Program-made: the position numbers and the translations under genes
From: an uncultured Chloroflexia bacterium
GTDB taxonomy: Bacteria > Chloroflexota > Limnocylindria > Limnocylindrales > CSP1-4
Length of the DNA stretch: 64,000 nucleotides
Direction: 5' to 3'
NCBI GenBank assembly: GCA_963778155.1
Contig: CAVZTK010000006.1
Coordinates: 791,962 to 855,961, forward strand
Shown: positions 10,846-23,791 of the stretch, piece after piece
How the letters are laid out: each line of letters starts with the position of its first letter
How positions within the stretch are numbered: the first letter of the stretch is position 1
The notes under the pieces: generated by a model
What the model saw: only the letters and a program-made list of their open reading frames with translations
Databases searched by the model: none
What the model was told of the DNA's origin: nothing

Positions 10846-12243
10846 ATGCGCACGCTCATCACCAACGGGACGATCGTCACCGCCGACGGGAGCTACGGCG
10901 CCGACGTCCTGATCGACGGCGAGACCATCGCCCTGCTCGGCCGCGACCTGGCCGCGGGTGGCGTGGAGGCCGACGAGACCATCGACGCGTCGGGCAGGTA
11001 CGTGATCCCCGGCGGCATCGACGTCCACACCCACATGGAGCTGCCGTTCGGCGGCACGTTCGCCAAGGACACCTTCGAGACGGGGACGCGCGCGGCAGCG
11101 TTCGGCGGGACGACGTCGATCGTCGACTTCGCGGTCCAGTCGAAGGGCCAGACGCTGCGCCAGGGCCTCGACGCCTGGCACGCCAAGGCCGAGGGCAACG
11201 CCGTCACCGACTACGGCTTCCACATGATCATGAGCGACGTCAACGACGGCACGCTGGCCGAGATGGATGGCCTGGTCGCCGAGGGCGTGCCCGACTTCAA
11301 GCTGTTCACCGCGTACCCGGGCGTCTTCTACAGCGACGACGGCGCGATCTTCCGGGCGATGCAGCAGACCGCCAGGAACGGCGGGCTGATCATGATGCAC
11401 GCCGAGAACGGGATGGCCATCGACGTCGTCGCGGCCCAGACCATCGAGGCCGGCATGACCGACCCGATCGGCCATGGGATCGCCCGCAAGCCGATCTTCG
11501 AAGGCGAGGCGACCAACCGGGTGATCCGCCTGGCGGAGGCGGCCGAGGCACCGGTCTACATCGTCCACCTCTCGGCGCGGGACGCGCTCGAGACCGTGCG
11601 CGACGCCCGCGATCGCGGCGGCCGGGTGTTCGCGGAGACCTGCCCGCAGTACCTGTTCCTGTCGCTCGATGACCTGGGCCACGGGTTCGAGGGCGCCAAG
11701 TTCGTGTGCTCGCCACCGTTGCGCACGAAGGACCACTGGGACGAGCTGTGGGCGGGGCTGGTCAAGGACGACCTGCAGGTCGTCTCGACCGACCACTGCC
11801 CGTTCGACTTCCACGGCCAGAAGGAGCTCGGCGAGGGCGACTTCCGCAAGATCCCGAACGGTCTTCCCGGCGTCGAGGACCGGCTCGACCTGCTCCACGA
11901 CGGCGGTGTCGTGGCCGGCCGGATCACGAAGGAGCGCTGGGTGGAGCTCGCGTCGACGGCGCCCGCGAAGCTGTTCGGGATGTATCCGCAGAAGGGCGCC
12001 ATCGCGATCGGCTCCGACGCCGACCTGGTGATCTACGACCCGAACCGCTCGCACACGATCTCGGCAGCGACCCATCACATGGACGTCGACTATTCGTGCT
12101 ACGAGGGTCGGGCCGTCCGGGGCGGCAGCGACATCGTCTTCTCGCGCGGCTCGGTGGTCGTGCGCGACGGGCAGTTCACCGGGCGCAAGGGCGCCGGACG
12201 GTTCCTCAAGCGCGCTCCGGCCGATTTCGCCCGGATGGCCTGA
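10846..12243 (+). CDS. hydA: Dihydropyrimidinase (D-hydantoinase)
   Basis: Intact 465 aa with GGIDVHTHMELPFGGT metal ligands, the FKLFTAYPG carboxylated-Lys region, IMMHAENG, VYIVHLS and VVSTDHCPF. Confidence 0.92.
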   Translation: MRTLITNGTIVTADGSYGADVLIDGETIALLGRDLAAGGVEADETIDASGRYVIPGGIDVHTHMELPFGGTFAKDTFETGTRAAAFGGTTSIVDFAVQSKGQTLRQGLDAWHAKAEGNAVTDYGFHMIMSDVNDGTLAEMDGLVAEGVPDFKLFTAYPGVFYSDDGAIFRAMQQTARNGGLIMMHAENGMAIDVVAAQTIEAGMTDPIGHGIARKPIFEGEATNRVIRLAEAAEAPVYIVHLSARDALETVRDARDRGGRVFAETCPQYLFLSLDDLGHGFEGAKFVCSPPLRTKDHWDELWAGLVKDDLQVVSTDHCPFDFHGQKELGEGDFRKIPNGLPGVEDRLDLLHDGGVVAGRITKERWVELASTAPAKLFGMYPQKGAIAIGSDADLVIYDPNRSHTISAATHHMDVDYSCYEGRAVRGGSDIVFSRGSVVVRDGQFTGRKGAGRFLKRAPADFARMA

Positions 12244-12562
12244 CCGCGGCCGCGCCGATGCGGTCCAACGGCGCCGGATCCGTGGTGGTCCTCGACGGCG
12301 GCCTCGCGACCAGAGTCGTGCGTGCGGCATCACCGCCGGTCGAGACCGCGACCGGACTTCGCTTGCAATGACGTGTCACCCGGCGCCACCGTTTCGCAAC
12401 GGTTCCGGTGCACCCCGGCACCACACGTCGCCCCGGGCGCACATCCTCGAATTGACCTCACCCGGTCGCGGCAGGTACGTTCCATGTATTCCCAGAGGCC
12501 GCCCAAGAGCGCCACCCCGACCTTGGCAGCGCTCGGCCTCGACATCGGAGGAGGAGCGCCCG

Positions 12563-15500
12563 TGAGACGGACCCCCGTCGCCCTTGCCACTCTCTGCCTG
12601 TTGCTCGGGCAGACGATCTTCGCCGGAGCCGTGTCCGGTGCAGATCCGTCGAAGTTCACGGCCACCCAGCTGAACCCGGTGTCCACGTTCAGCACGCCCA
12701 AGTCAACGTCCGGCGCGATCGCCAAGAGCGACCCCAAGCTGCTCGGTCGCCATGACGCGACGCCGGTCAACGTGGTCATCAAGTACGACTTCGACGCCTC
12801 GGCGACCTACACGGGTGGCGTTAATGGCCTCGCGGCGACCAGCCCGCGGGTGACCGGCAAGTCGCTCAAGGCGAACGCGGCCGCGGTCAAGGCATATGAC
12901 GCCTATACCGCCAAGCTGACCAAGGGCATCACCGCGGCCGCCCAGAAGGCCGCGCCGTCGCTCAAGGTCAACGAGTCCTTCGGGACCGCGTATGGTGGCG
13001 TCTCCGGACGCGTCACCGCCAACCAGATCGCCGCCCTGCTCAAGGTGCCCGGCGTCGTGGCGGTCCAGTCGGACACGCTCGAGCAGCCGCTCGACGACAA
13101 CACCGGGTTCATCGGCGCAACGGCCGTGTGGCCGTCGCTCGGCGGCTCGGCCACGGCCGGCAGCAACGTGATCTTCGGCGACATCGACACCGGTGTCTGG
13201 CCCGAGCATCCCATGCTTGCCCCGGGCAGCCTGAGCGCACCCGCGGGTGGGCTGAAGGCGTGCCAGTTCGGCGACGGCACCGACACCGCCGATCTCGGTC
13301 CGACCTTCACCTGCAACAACAAGCTCATCGGCGCCTACGCCAAGATGGCCAACTACATGGCCAATACCGGGGCCGGCGCGAACGAGTTCTGCAACAACAC
13401 CAGCAAGCAGTGCTCCGCCCGCGACCCCGAGGGCCACGGCACCCACACCACCACCACGGCCGCAGGTGACTGCGTCACCACGGCAATGCTGTACGGCGTC
13501 GAGCGCGGTCCCGTGTGCGGCATCGCCCCGGGCGCCCACGTCATCGAATATCGCGTCTGCGCCGCGGCAGGCTGCTTCGGCTCCGACTCCGTGTCGGCGG
13601 TCAACCAGGCCATCGCCGACGGCGTCAACGTCATCAACTACTCGATCTCCGGTGGCGGCAGCCCGTACACCGACGCAGTCGAGCTCGCGTTCCTCGACGC
13701 GGTCCACGCCGGGATCTCGGTCAACGCCTCGGCCGGCAACAGCGGCCCGACCGCCGGCACCTCCGATCATGGCGGCCCGTGGGTGACCACGGTCGGCGCC
13801 TCGACCGGCCCGCGCAGCTTCTCCTCGACCCTGCATCTCACCGCCGACGGCGGCGCGACACTGGACATCGCCGGCGTCACGCTGACCAACGGCATCACCA
13901 CGGCGACACCCGTCGTCATGGCGGCGACCCTCGCCGGTGAGGACGCACTCTGCCAATCGACGCTCGCTGCGGGCACGGCGGCCGGCAAGATCGTCGTCTG
14001 CAACCGCGGCGTCAACGGCCGGATCGACAAGGGCCGTCGAGTCGCCGCGGGCGGAGCCGCGGGGATGATCCTCACCAACAACTCGGCCGCGGTCACCGAC
14101 CTCGAGTCCGACAACCACTACCTGCCGGCGATCCAGGTGCAGTTCAACTCGAACGCCGTGGCCACCTTCGTGACCAGCCACAGCAACGTGATGGCCACAT
14201 GGGCGCAGGGCACCGCGCAGCCGGCCCAGGCCGACGTCATGGCCTCGTTCTCGTCGCGCGGACCGACCGGCGACTGGATCAAGCCGGACGTGACCGCGCC
14301 CGGCGTGCAGGTCCTCGCGGGCACGACGCCGCAGCCTGATCAGACGACGGCGGACAACGGTCCGACCGGCAACCTGTACATGGCCATCGCCGGGACATCG
14401 ATGTCCAGCCCACACTCGGCCGGCGTGTCGATCCTCGTGAAGGCCGCCCATCCGAGCTGGACCCCGGAGGAGATCAAGTCCGCCCTCATGACGTCGTCGG
14501 TCCAGGCGGTCGTCAAGGAGGACGGGGTCACCCCCGCCGACCCGTTCGACATGGGCGCCGGCTCGATCCGGGCCGACCGCGCGGTCGACCCGACCCTGGT
14601 GTTCGACGAGAACTTCGCCGACTTCAACGCGGCCGGGGCTGACCCGCTCAACCGGATCAACCTGAACATCCCGAGCATCGATGCGACGACGATGACCGGC
14701 GAGGTCACCACGACCCGCACCGCGATCAACGTGTCCGGCAAGGCCCAGGACCTCAAGGTCTCGGTCCAGTCCCCGGACAACACCCAGATCATCGTGTCGG
14801 GCCAGAAGCCGAACGGCAAGGGTGTCCTGAGCGCTGACACCAAGCTCCACGCGGACAAGAACAAGCCCCTCACCTTCTGGGTGCGGATCAGCGCTCCGAC
14901 GGCCGACCCCGGTCAGTACTTCGGCCGGATCACCCTCACCCCGAAGAACGGCACGCCGGTCACCATCCCGGTGGCCTTCGTCAAGAAGCAGGGCGCGGTC
15001 GCGTTGACCAACACCTGCGCGCCATCGAGCATCACCGCGAAGACCGGCCTCAGTCACTGCACGGTGACGGCGACCAACTTCGCCCAGACGGCCGCGAACG
15101 TGGACGTCAAGGTGGCCAACCTTGACAACGTCAAGGGCCTCAAGTACTCGAACATCGCAGCCCCGGCGACCTCGATCGGACATGGCGATGGCGTCACGTG
15201 GAGCGGAGCGCTCTCCGGTGCCATCCCGCCCCAGATCAACGGCTTCACCGCCACCGAGGGACCGGCTGGTGGCTATCTGCCACTGTCCGCCTTGGGAGTC
15301 ACCCCGGCTCACCGGTATCGGCGATGACACGATGACCAACTTCGGCGTCCCGACGCCGTTCTTCTACGGCGGGGAGTCGTACACATCGATCGGCGTCGGC
15401 TCGAACGGCTTCGTCGTTCTTGGCGGTGGTACCGCGGCCGATGCGACCCCCACGCCACAGTCCTTCCCGAACGTCAATCGCCCGAACAACGTGATCGCCC

Positions 15501-16009
15501 TGTTCTGGACCGATCTGAACCCGGCCGCGGGCGGAGCGATCCGGGTCGCGACCTTGTCCGATGGCCCTCCCGGTCCGACGACGACGAGCTGGCTGGTCGT
15601 CGACTACGGGGCGGTCAAGAACTTCAGCAACGCCATCACCCATACCGGCGAGCTCTGGTTCCAACTCGCTTCGGGGGCAGCCGGTACCGATGCCTCGAGT
15701 GAGCAGACCACCATGACCTTCGGCGCCGCCAACGCGTCCGCCGGCGATCCTGGTATCCCGGGTGCGTTGAAGGTCAACTGGGGTGCCGAGAACCGCGACG
15801 GCACCAGTGGCAAGAACTTTGCATCCGCCCCGGCCGACAACACCGAATGGTCGGTCGACACGTCGCCGCCCGCCCCCGGCGGATCAGCGACTCTGCACTT
15901 CGATGTCTCCGCCAACAAGGCCGGCACGTACAGCTCGGTGGCCTCGATGACCTCCGATGTCACGCCCGGCACGACCCAGGTCGTCAAGACGATCACGGTC
16001 AGACCCTGA
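12563..16009 (+). pseudogene. Secreted subtilisin-family (S8) serine peptidase with PA-like insert and long C-terminal extension, one frame break
   Basis: GGAGGAGGAG SD, then GTG at 12563 and the signal VRRTPVALATLCLLLGQTIFAGAVSG. The catalytic residues are Asp (FGDIDTGVWPEHP), His (HGTHTTTTAAG) and Ser (GTSMSSPHSAG). Track ORFs 12322..15327 and 15122..16009 join as LSALGVTP|LTGIGDDTMTNFG after removing one base in the CCCCGG at 15302-15307. Confidence 0.85.
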
Positions 16010-16032
16010 CCGTCGTCCCGATCGGGAATCAC

Positions 16033-16060
16033 GAAGGGCCGCCCGCAAGGGCGGCCCTTC
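16033..16060. terminator. GC-rich hairpin between convergent genes (bidirectional terminator candidate)
   Basis: GAAGGGCCGCCC-GCAA-GGGCGGCCCTTC forms a perfect 12-bp stem with a GNRA-like loop. It lies between the protease stop (16009) and the mmsA stop (16116). Confidence 0.6.
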
Positions 16061-16115
16061 CGTTCGTCCGCGTGCCTGTGTCTGCCGGCCGGATGCCGGT
16101 CGCCAGGCCCCGGGC

Positions 16116-17654
16116 TTACCGTGTGCGCGGGAACCCCAGGTCGATCTTGGAGGTCCCCGGATCCGGCCAGCGCGAGGTCACGATCTTGGCCCGCGTGTAG
16201 AACTGGACGCCCTCGGGGCCGTACATGTGCAGGTCGCCGAACAGCGAGTTCTTCCAGCCACCGAAGCTGTAATACGCGACCGGGACCGGGATCGGCACGT
16301 TGATGCCGACCATCCCGGCGTTGACCTCGAACTGGAACTGCCGGGCGGCACCACCGTCGCGTGTGAAGATGGCCGTCCCGTTGCCGTACGGGTTGTCGTT
16401 CACGAGGCGAACCGCCTCGTCGTAGGTCTTGACCCGCATCACGGTCAGGACCGGGCCGAAGATCTCGTCGCGATACGCGTCCATCGCCGGCGTGACGTGG
16501 TCGATCAGCGACACGCCGAGGAAGAAGCCGTCCGACTCGTCGTAGAGCGGGTGGTCGCGGCCGTCGGTCACGAGCGTGGCTCCCTGGGCCGGGCCACTGT
16601 CGAGGTACGAGGCGACCTTGTCGCGGTGCTGCTTCGTGACGAGTGGCCCCATCTCGGACGACGGGTCGCTGCCGGGTCCGACCGTGATCTTGGGCAGCCG
16701 TGCCTTGATCGCCTCGACCAGCGGGTCGGCCACGTCGCCGACCGCCACGACCGTCGCGATCGCCATGCACCGCTCGCCGGCCGAGCCGTAGCCGGCCGAC
16801 ACGGCGGCGTCGGCGGCCATGTCGATGTCGGCGTCGGGCAGCACGATCATGTGGTTCTTCGCGCCGCCGAGCGCCTGTACGCGCTTGCCGGCCTTGGTCC
16901 CGGTCTCGTAGATGTAGCGGGCGATCGGCGTCGAGCCCACGAACGAGACGGCCTCGATGTCCGGGTGCTCGAGGATCGCGTCGACCGCCACCTTGTCGCC
17001 GTGGACGACGTTGAAGACGCCATCCGGGACGCCCGCGTCGCGCAGGAGCTCGGCCAGGAAGTTGGCCGCCGACGGATCCTTCTCCGAGGGCTTGAGCACG
17101 AACGTGTTGCCCGCCGCGATCGCCGTCGCGAACATCCACATCGGCACCATCGCCGGGAAGTTGAACGGGGTGATGCCGGCGACCACGCCGAGCGGCTGGC
17201 GGATCTGGTAGACGTCCACGCCGCCCGAGACCTGCTCGGAGAAGCCGCCCTTGAGCAGGCTCGGGATGCCGCACGCGAACTCGAGGTTCTCGAGGCCGCG
17301 GGCGATCTCGCCGAGCGCGTCCGACGGGACCTTGCCGTGCTCCGCGGTCAGCAGCGCGGCGATCTCCGTACGATGCGCCTCGACGCCGTTCCGGATGCGG
17401 AACATGACGTCGGTCCGCTTCGAGATCGACGTCGCCCGCCAGGCCGGGAAGGCTGCCTTCGCCGCCGCGACCGCCGCATCGACCTCGGCGACCGAGGCGA
17501 AGTCCACGTGCCTGGTGAGCTGGCCCGTCGCCGGATCGAACACGGGGCCTTCGCGCCCCGACGTCCCGGCGACCAGATGACCGCCGATCCAGTGGCTGAC
17601 GCGAGCCGGCGCCGGGCTCTCGGTTCGGGCGTTGGGTTCTGCGACCTGTGTCAT
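16116..17654 (-). CDS. mmsA: CoA-acylating methylmalonate/malonate-semialdehyde dehydrogenase
   Basis: Intact 512 aa with FNFPAMVPMWMF, VLKPSEKDP, the catalytic Cys in SAGERCMA, and PIPVPVAYYSFGGWKNSLFGD, which is typical of the MmsA subfamily. Confidence 0.92.
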   Translation of the reverse strand: MTQVAEPNARTESPAPARVSHWIGGHLVAGTSGREGPVFDPATGQLTRHVDFASVAEVDAAVAAAKAAFPAWRATSISKRTDVMFRIRNGVEAHRTEIAALLTAEHGKVPSDALGEIARGLENLEFACGIPSLLKGGFSEQVSGGVDVYQIRQPLGVVAGITPFNFPAMVPMWMFATAIAAGNTFVLKPSEKDPSAANFLAELLRDAGVPDGVFNVVHGDKVAVDAILEHPDIEAVSFVGSTPIARYIYETGTKAGKRVQALGGAKNHMIVLPDADIDMAADAAVSAGYGSAGERCMAIATVVAVGDVADPLVEAIKARLPKITVGPGSDPSSEMGPLVTKQHRDKVASYLDSGPAQGATLVTDGRDHPLYDESDGFFLGVSLIDHVTPAMDAYRDEIFGPVLTVMRVKTYDEAVRLVNDNPYGNGTAIFTRDGGAARQFQFEVNAGMVGINVPIPVPVAYYSFGGWKNSLFGDLHMYGPEGVQFYTRAKIVTSRWPDPGTSKIDLGFPRTR

Positions 17655-17721
17655 CGGATCGACCTCTGCGTGGAGGTCTCACGATACTCGCTCACCGCGA
17701 GGGCCGGGGTCGGATGGCTGG

Positions 17722-18666
17722 TCAATACCGCACGCGCGACTCCGGATCGGGCCATGCGACATCGACGCGCGGGTCGGCCGTGTCGGCCGGATCGACGGGG
17801 TCGGCATCGGGCGCCCGGCCGTGGTTGCGGATCGTCAGGACCACGACCGCAACGGCGCAGCCGATGGCGATCCCCACCGAAATGAGCCCCGCCACATTCA
17901 TGCCCCCGGCAACGACCGGATCGCGCCAGGTGGTCGACACGAGCGCCCGCGCCACGGCCCACAGTCCGATCGCGACATAGAACGCTCGGCCGTCACGGCC
18001 CCGGAAGGCACCGGCCATCAGGGCCACGGTCAGGACGGCCAGGATCGAGAGCGTGGCCGCGCCCTCGAGCGCCTGCGACGGGACCGACGGGAGCGCCGGC
18101 AGGAGGGACCCCCACGGTCCGGGTCCGAGATACGCTGTGGCCGGGTCGGTGACGCTCGGCACACCCTGTCCTGCGCCGGCCAGCACCATCGTGAGCTTGC
18201 CGGCACCAAGCGCGAACAGGACCGGTGCCGCCGCCAGGTGGAGCCAGCGACCCAGTGGCGCTCCGAGGAGGCTGGCCACGTAGCAGCCGGTCACGAGGCC
18301 GCCGACGACCGCGAGGCCGAGGTCCATCCCGCCGATCGACGGGTCGAGCAGGCGCTCGGGGGCGGAGCCGTAGTAGGTCGAGTGGACGAGGAAGTAGCCG
18401 AGCCGCCCACCGATCACGGCGCCGGGCACGATCCCGACCGCGACGAAGGCCACGTCGTCGGGCCGGACCCCGCCGGCACGAGCCAGGATGCCGGCCAGCA
18501 CGAGGGACGCGACGATCACGGCGACCAGTGCGATGACCGCCCATCGCACGGTCAGGTCGCCCGGCAGATGGGCGAACGGGTCGAACTGGAAGAACACGAC
18601 GGCGATCGGCACGGTGGCGTGAGTGTATCGAAGCGCCCCGCTCGACCCTGCCGGTCCGGGAACCAC
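17722..18666 (-). CDS. Divergent prolipoprotein diacylglyceryl transferase (Lgt) family paralog
   Basis: Polytopic membrane protein with the Lgt-like motif GAVIGGRLGYFLVH. It lacks a canonical HP..LYE block (it has PSQALEGAAT instead). The true start may be the GTG at 18612. Confidence 0.6.
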   Translation of the reverse strand: MVPGPAGSSGALRYTHATVPIAVVFFQFDPFAHLPGDLTVRWAVIALVAVIVASLVLAGILARAGGVRPDDVAFVAVGIVPGAVIGGRLGYFLVHSTYYGSAPERLLDPSIGGMDLGLAVVGGLVTGCYVASLLGAPLGRWLHLAAAPVLFALGAGKLTMVLAGAGQGVPSVTDPATAYLGPGPWGSLLPALPSVPSQALEGAATLSILAVLTVALMAGAFRGRDGRAFYVAIGLWAVARALVSTTWRDPVVAGGMNVAGLISVGIAIGCAVAVVVLTIRNHGRAPDADPVDPADTADPRVDVAWPDPESRVRY

Positions 18667-18737
18667 CCGGCGCGACCGCGCGTCGAACGTCCGGCTGGCC
18701 CGACATCGCCGGCCTCACGCACGAGGACATCGATCAC

Positions 18738-19172
18738 ATGGCCTACCATCGCCCGGACATGCTCGTCCGCATCGCCCTGCTGGCCGCCGCCGTCGTCGTG
18801 GCGGGCTGCTCGTCCGCGGCGGCGCCAAGCGCTGCGGCACCGTCGCCGACACCGGCCGGTGCAGCCTTCTCCGCCGCTCCCGTGGGAGACGCGTCCATGA
18901 GTCCAGGCACGATCGACCTGTCCGCCTCGGTGATCGATCCCGTGGTCGCCGACATCGCCAAGACCGCCGGCGTCCCGGTCGACCAGGTCGAGGTCATCTC
19001 GGCCCAGTCCGTCACGTTTCCAGACGGGAGCCTGGGCTGCCCGCAACCGGGCCTGGCCTACACGCAGATCGTCGTCGACGGCTACCAGATCGTGGCCAAG
19101 GCCGGCGGCACCGTGTACGACTACCGCGGGACCGGGTCGACGTTCAAGCGCTGCACGACGGGCGCCAGCTAG
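18738..19172 (+). CDS. Putative lipoprotein
   Basis: Signal peptide with the lipobox LLAAAVVVAGC followed by an Ala/Pro/Ser linker. It is transcribed divergently from the Lgt-like gene. Confidence 0.7.
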   Translation: MAYHRPDMLVRIALLAAAVVVAGCSSAAAPSAAAPSPTPAGAAFSAAPVGDASMSPGTIDLSASVIDPVVADIAKTAGVPVDQVEVISAQSVTFPDGSLGCPQPGLAYTQIVVDGYQIVAKAGGTVYDYRGTGSTFKRCTTGAS

Positions 19173-19317
19173 GCAGGCACGTCGTTCGACGGTGCCCTGG
19201 TGGACGCTCGTCGATGGTCAGTCGCCGGCCGTCCAGGCAGGATCGGTCCATCGAAGAGTCGTGCGCCCCACGCGTTCGCCGGGTGCGCGGCCAGCCCGAA
19301 TGACAAGGAGCCCGACC

Positions 19318-19485
19318 GTGTCGCTCACGCCAGGCCTGACCCTGCTGGGTCTGCTGCTCGTCCTCGTCGCCATCCCGCTCGGCCTCGCGTTCGCGCCGCT
19401 CGTGATCGGCGCGATCGTCCTCACGTATGCCGCCCGGCGGGCGCATGAGGATCTGGCCGAGAGGCCGGCTGCCGTCTCCCTGTAG
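19318..19485 (+). CDS. Small hypothetical membrane protein (55 aa)
   Basis: AAGGAG lies 7 nt before the GTG at 19318. Hydrophobic core LTLLGLLLVLVAIPLGLAFAPLVIGAIVL. Confidence 0.3.
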   Translation: MSLTPGLTLLGLLLVLVAIPLGLAFAPLVIGAIVLTYAARRAHEDLAERPAAVSL

Positions 19486-19503
19486 GGCGCCCGGCCGCCG
19501 GCG

Positions 19504-22042
<2,539 letters not shown>

Positions 22043-22250
22043 CGGTGGTCAGGCTCCTGGTGCGCAGGCGATCACGGTCGATCGACCGGCCGCGCGTGAC
22101 GCGTCCCTCGAGGAGGGTCGCAGGAGTCGGCTTCCGCAGTCGTTAGTAGGCGGATGCTACCACGTTGCGGGATGGTGTCGAAATGGTTGCCGTGCGGGAT
22201 CGGAACCCCGTCACCGGCGGCCGCCCAATGGCAGGTCCGGCCCGGACTCG

Positions 22251-22280
22251 TTGACAGGTCAACCCCGCCGCCCGTAGCAT
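22251..22280 (+). promoter_or_regulatory. Candidate sigma-70-type promoter for the riboswitch-led operon
   Basis: TTGACA (22251-22256), an 18-nt spacer, then TAGCAT (22275-22280), about 15 nt before the riboswitch P1 helix. Confidence 0.4.
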
Positions 22281-22295
22281 CCGCACACAACCGAA

Positions 22296-22404
22296 GAGCT
22301 CTTATCAAGAGTGGCAGAGGGACCGGCCCGTTGAAGCCACGACAACCTACCGACGAATCGGCAAGGTGCCAAGCCCGGGCAGGTCATCCTGCACGATAAG
22401 GGAA
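22296..22404 (+). promoter_or_regulatory. SAM-I (S-box) riboswitch
   Basis: GAGCTCTTATCAAGAGTGGCAGAGGGACCGGCCCGTTGAAGCCACGACAACC...GGCAAGGTGCCAAGCCCGGGCAGG...CCTGCACGATAAGGG carries the conserved S-box blocks: the P1 pair CTTATC/GATAAG, GAGGGA, GGCCC, TGAAGCC, CAACC and GGTGCCAA. It ends 88 nt before the ThrC-like start. Confidence 0.85.
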
Positions 22405-22491
22405 CCTCCCTTCGGAGCCCCCCTATCCGACCAGACGGTCGCCCGTACCCGGTCCCGAGGCGCACTTTCCCCAGGCCTCCCGGAGACGACC

Positions 22492-23791
22492 ATGGCGATC
22501 GAGATCCTTCCGTCAGCCACCCACGCCGACCGCATCGTCGGGCTCCGCTGTCGCAATTGCGGCGCGAGCCAGCCGATCGGCATGTCGTATGTCTGTCCGG
22601 CCTGTTTCGGTCCGCTCGACGTCGCCTATGACTACGCCGTCATCGGGGCGACCCTGACCCGCGAGGCGATCGCGTCGCGCGCACCGGGGATCTGGCGCTA
22701 CGCCGAGCTCCTGCCGGTGGACAAGCCGCCGACGCGCGGGCTGCCGGTCGGGTCGACGCCGCTGCTCGCGGCCGATCGTCTGGCGCCGGTCCTCGGGCTC
22801 GATCGGCTGTGGCTGAAGGACGACACGCGGAACCCGTCGCTGTCGTTCAAGGACCGCGCCGTGGCCGTCGCCGCAGCGCGTGCGGTCGAGTTCGGGGTCG
22901 AGGCGCTGGCCTGCGCATCGACCGGGAACCTGGCGGGCGCAACAGCTGCCGCTGCGGCCGCGCTGGGGCTGCCGGCCTACGTGTTCATCCCGGCCGACCT
23001 CGAGCCGGCCAAGGTCGATCACGCGCTGGCCTACGGCGCGACAGTGGTCCCCATCGAGGGCACGTACGACGACGTCAACCGGTTGTGCCTCGAGGTCGCG
23101 GACGAGACGGGCTGGGGCTTCGTCAACATCAACCTGCGGCCGTTCTACGCCGAGGGCTCCAAGACCCTCGCCTACGAGATCGCCGAGTCGCTCGGCTGGC
23201 GGTCGCCCGATGTCGTCGTCGCGCCGGTGGCATCCGGTGCGATGTTCACCCACGTCGCGCGCGGGTTCGAGGAGCTCGTCGAGCTCGGATTGATCGCGAG
23301 CCGGCCGATCCGGTTCGTCGGCGGCCAGGCCGCCGGCTGCGCACCGATCGCGACCGCGTGGGCGACCGGCAGCGACGTCATCGTCCCGGTCCGCGAACCC
23401 GACACGATCGTGCGCTCGCTCGCCATCGGAAGCCCGGCCGACGGCCGCGATTCGGCGGCCCTGGCGAACGCGTCGGGCGGCTCGATCGAGGCGATCGAGG
23501 ACGCCGTGACGGCGGCTTCGATCCGCGACGTGGCTCGGCTCGAAGGGATCTACCCGGAGACGGCTGGTGGCGTGACTCTCGCAGCGGCCGCCGCCGCCCG
23601 ACGTCGCGGCGTCATCCGGCCCGGCGACGAGGTCGTGGCACTCCTCACCGGGAACGGGCTCAAGACACCCGACGCGCGGACGCTGGGCGGGGGCGACGGT
23701 GTCGCGCGGCCGGGTCAGCCCGGTCTCGCGCCCGTCGATCCGCCCGAGCCTTGCCGCATTCGAGCGCTGGCTGGACGGCGGCGCGTCGTGA
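22492..23791 (+). pseudogene. Threonine-synthase-like PLP enzyme with N-terminal zinc ribbon (MetM-like, predicted homocysteine-forming), one frame break near the C-terminus
   Basis: GGAG SD and ATG at 22492. CRNCG...CPACFG zinc ribbon. PLP lysine in NPSLSFKDRAV. ASTGNLAGA and LLTGNGLKTPDA are also present. Removing one C from the CCC at 23731-23733 gives ...GLAPSIRPSLAAFERWLDGGAS, whose TGA overlaps the next GTG (GTGA). Confidence 0.85.

Noticed and set aside
12703-15339. Very long antisense or alternative-frame ORFs. Examples are 12703..15339 (878 aa), 15604..17682 (692 aa), 10795..12333, 7992..9077, 36239..37747, 20243..21880, 61424..63232 and 55170..57344.
   Set aside because: They lie opposite to, or out of frame with, genes that have clear family motifs. 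Their translations are Arg/Gly/Asp/His/Pro-rich low-complexity sequence, typical of shadow ORFs in very GC-rich DNA. They also lack ribosome-binding sites.
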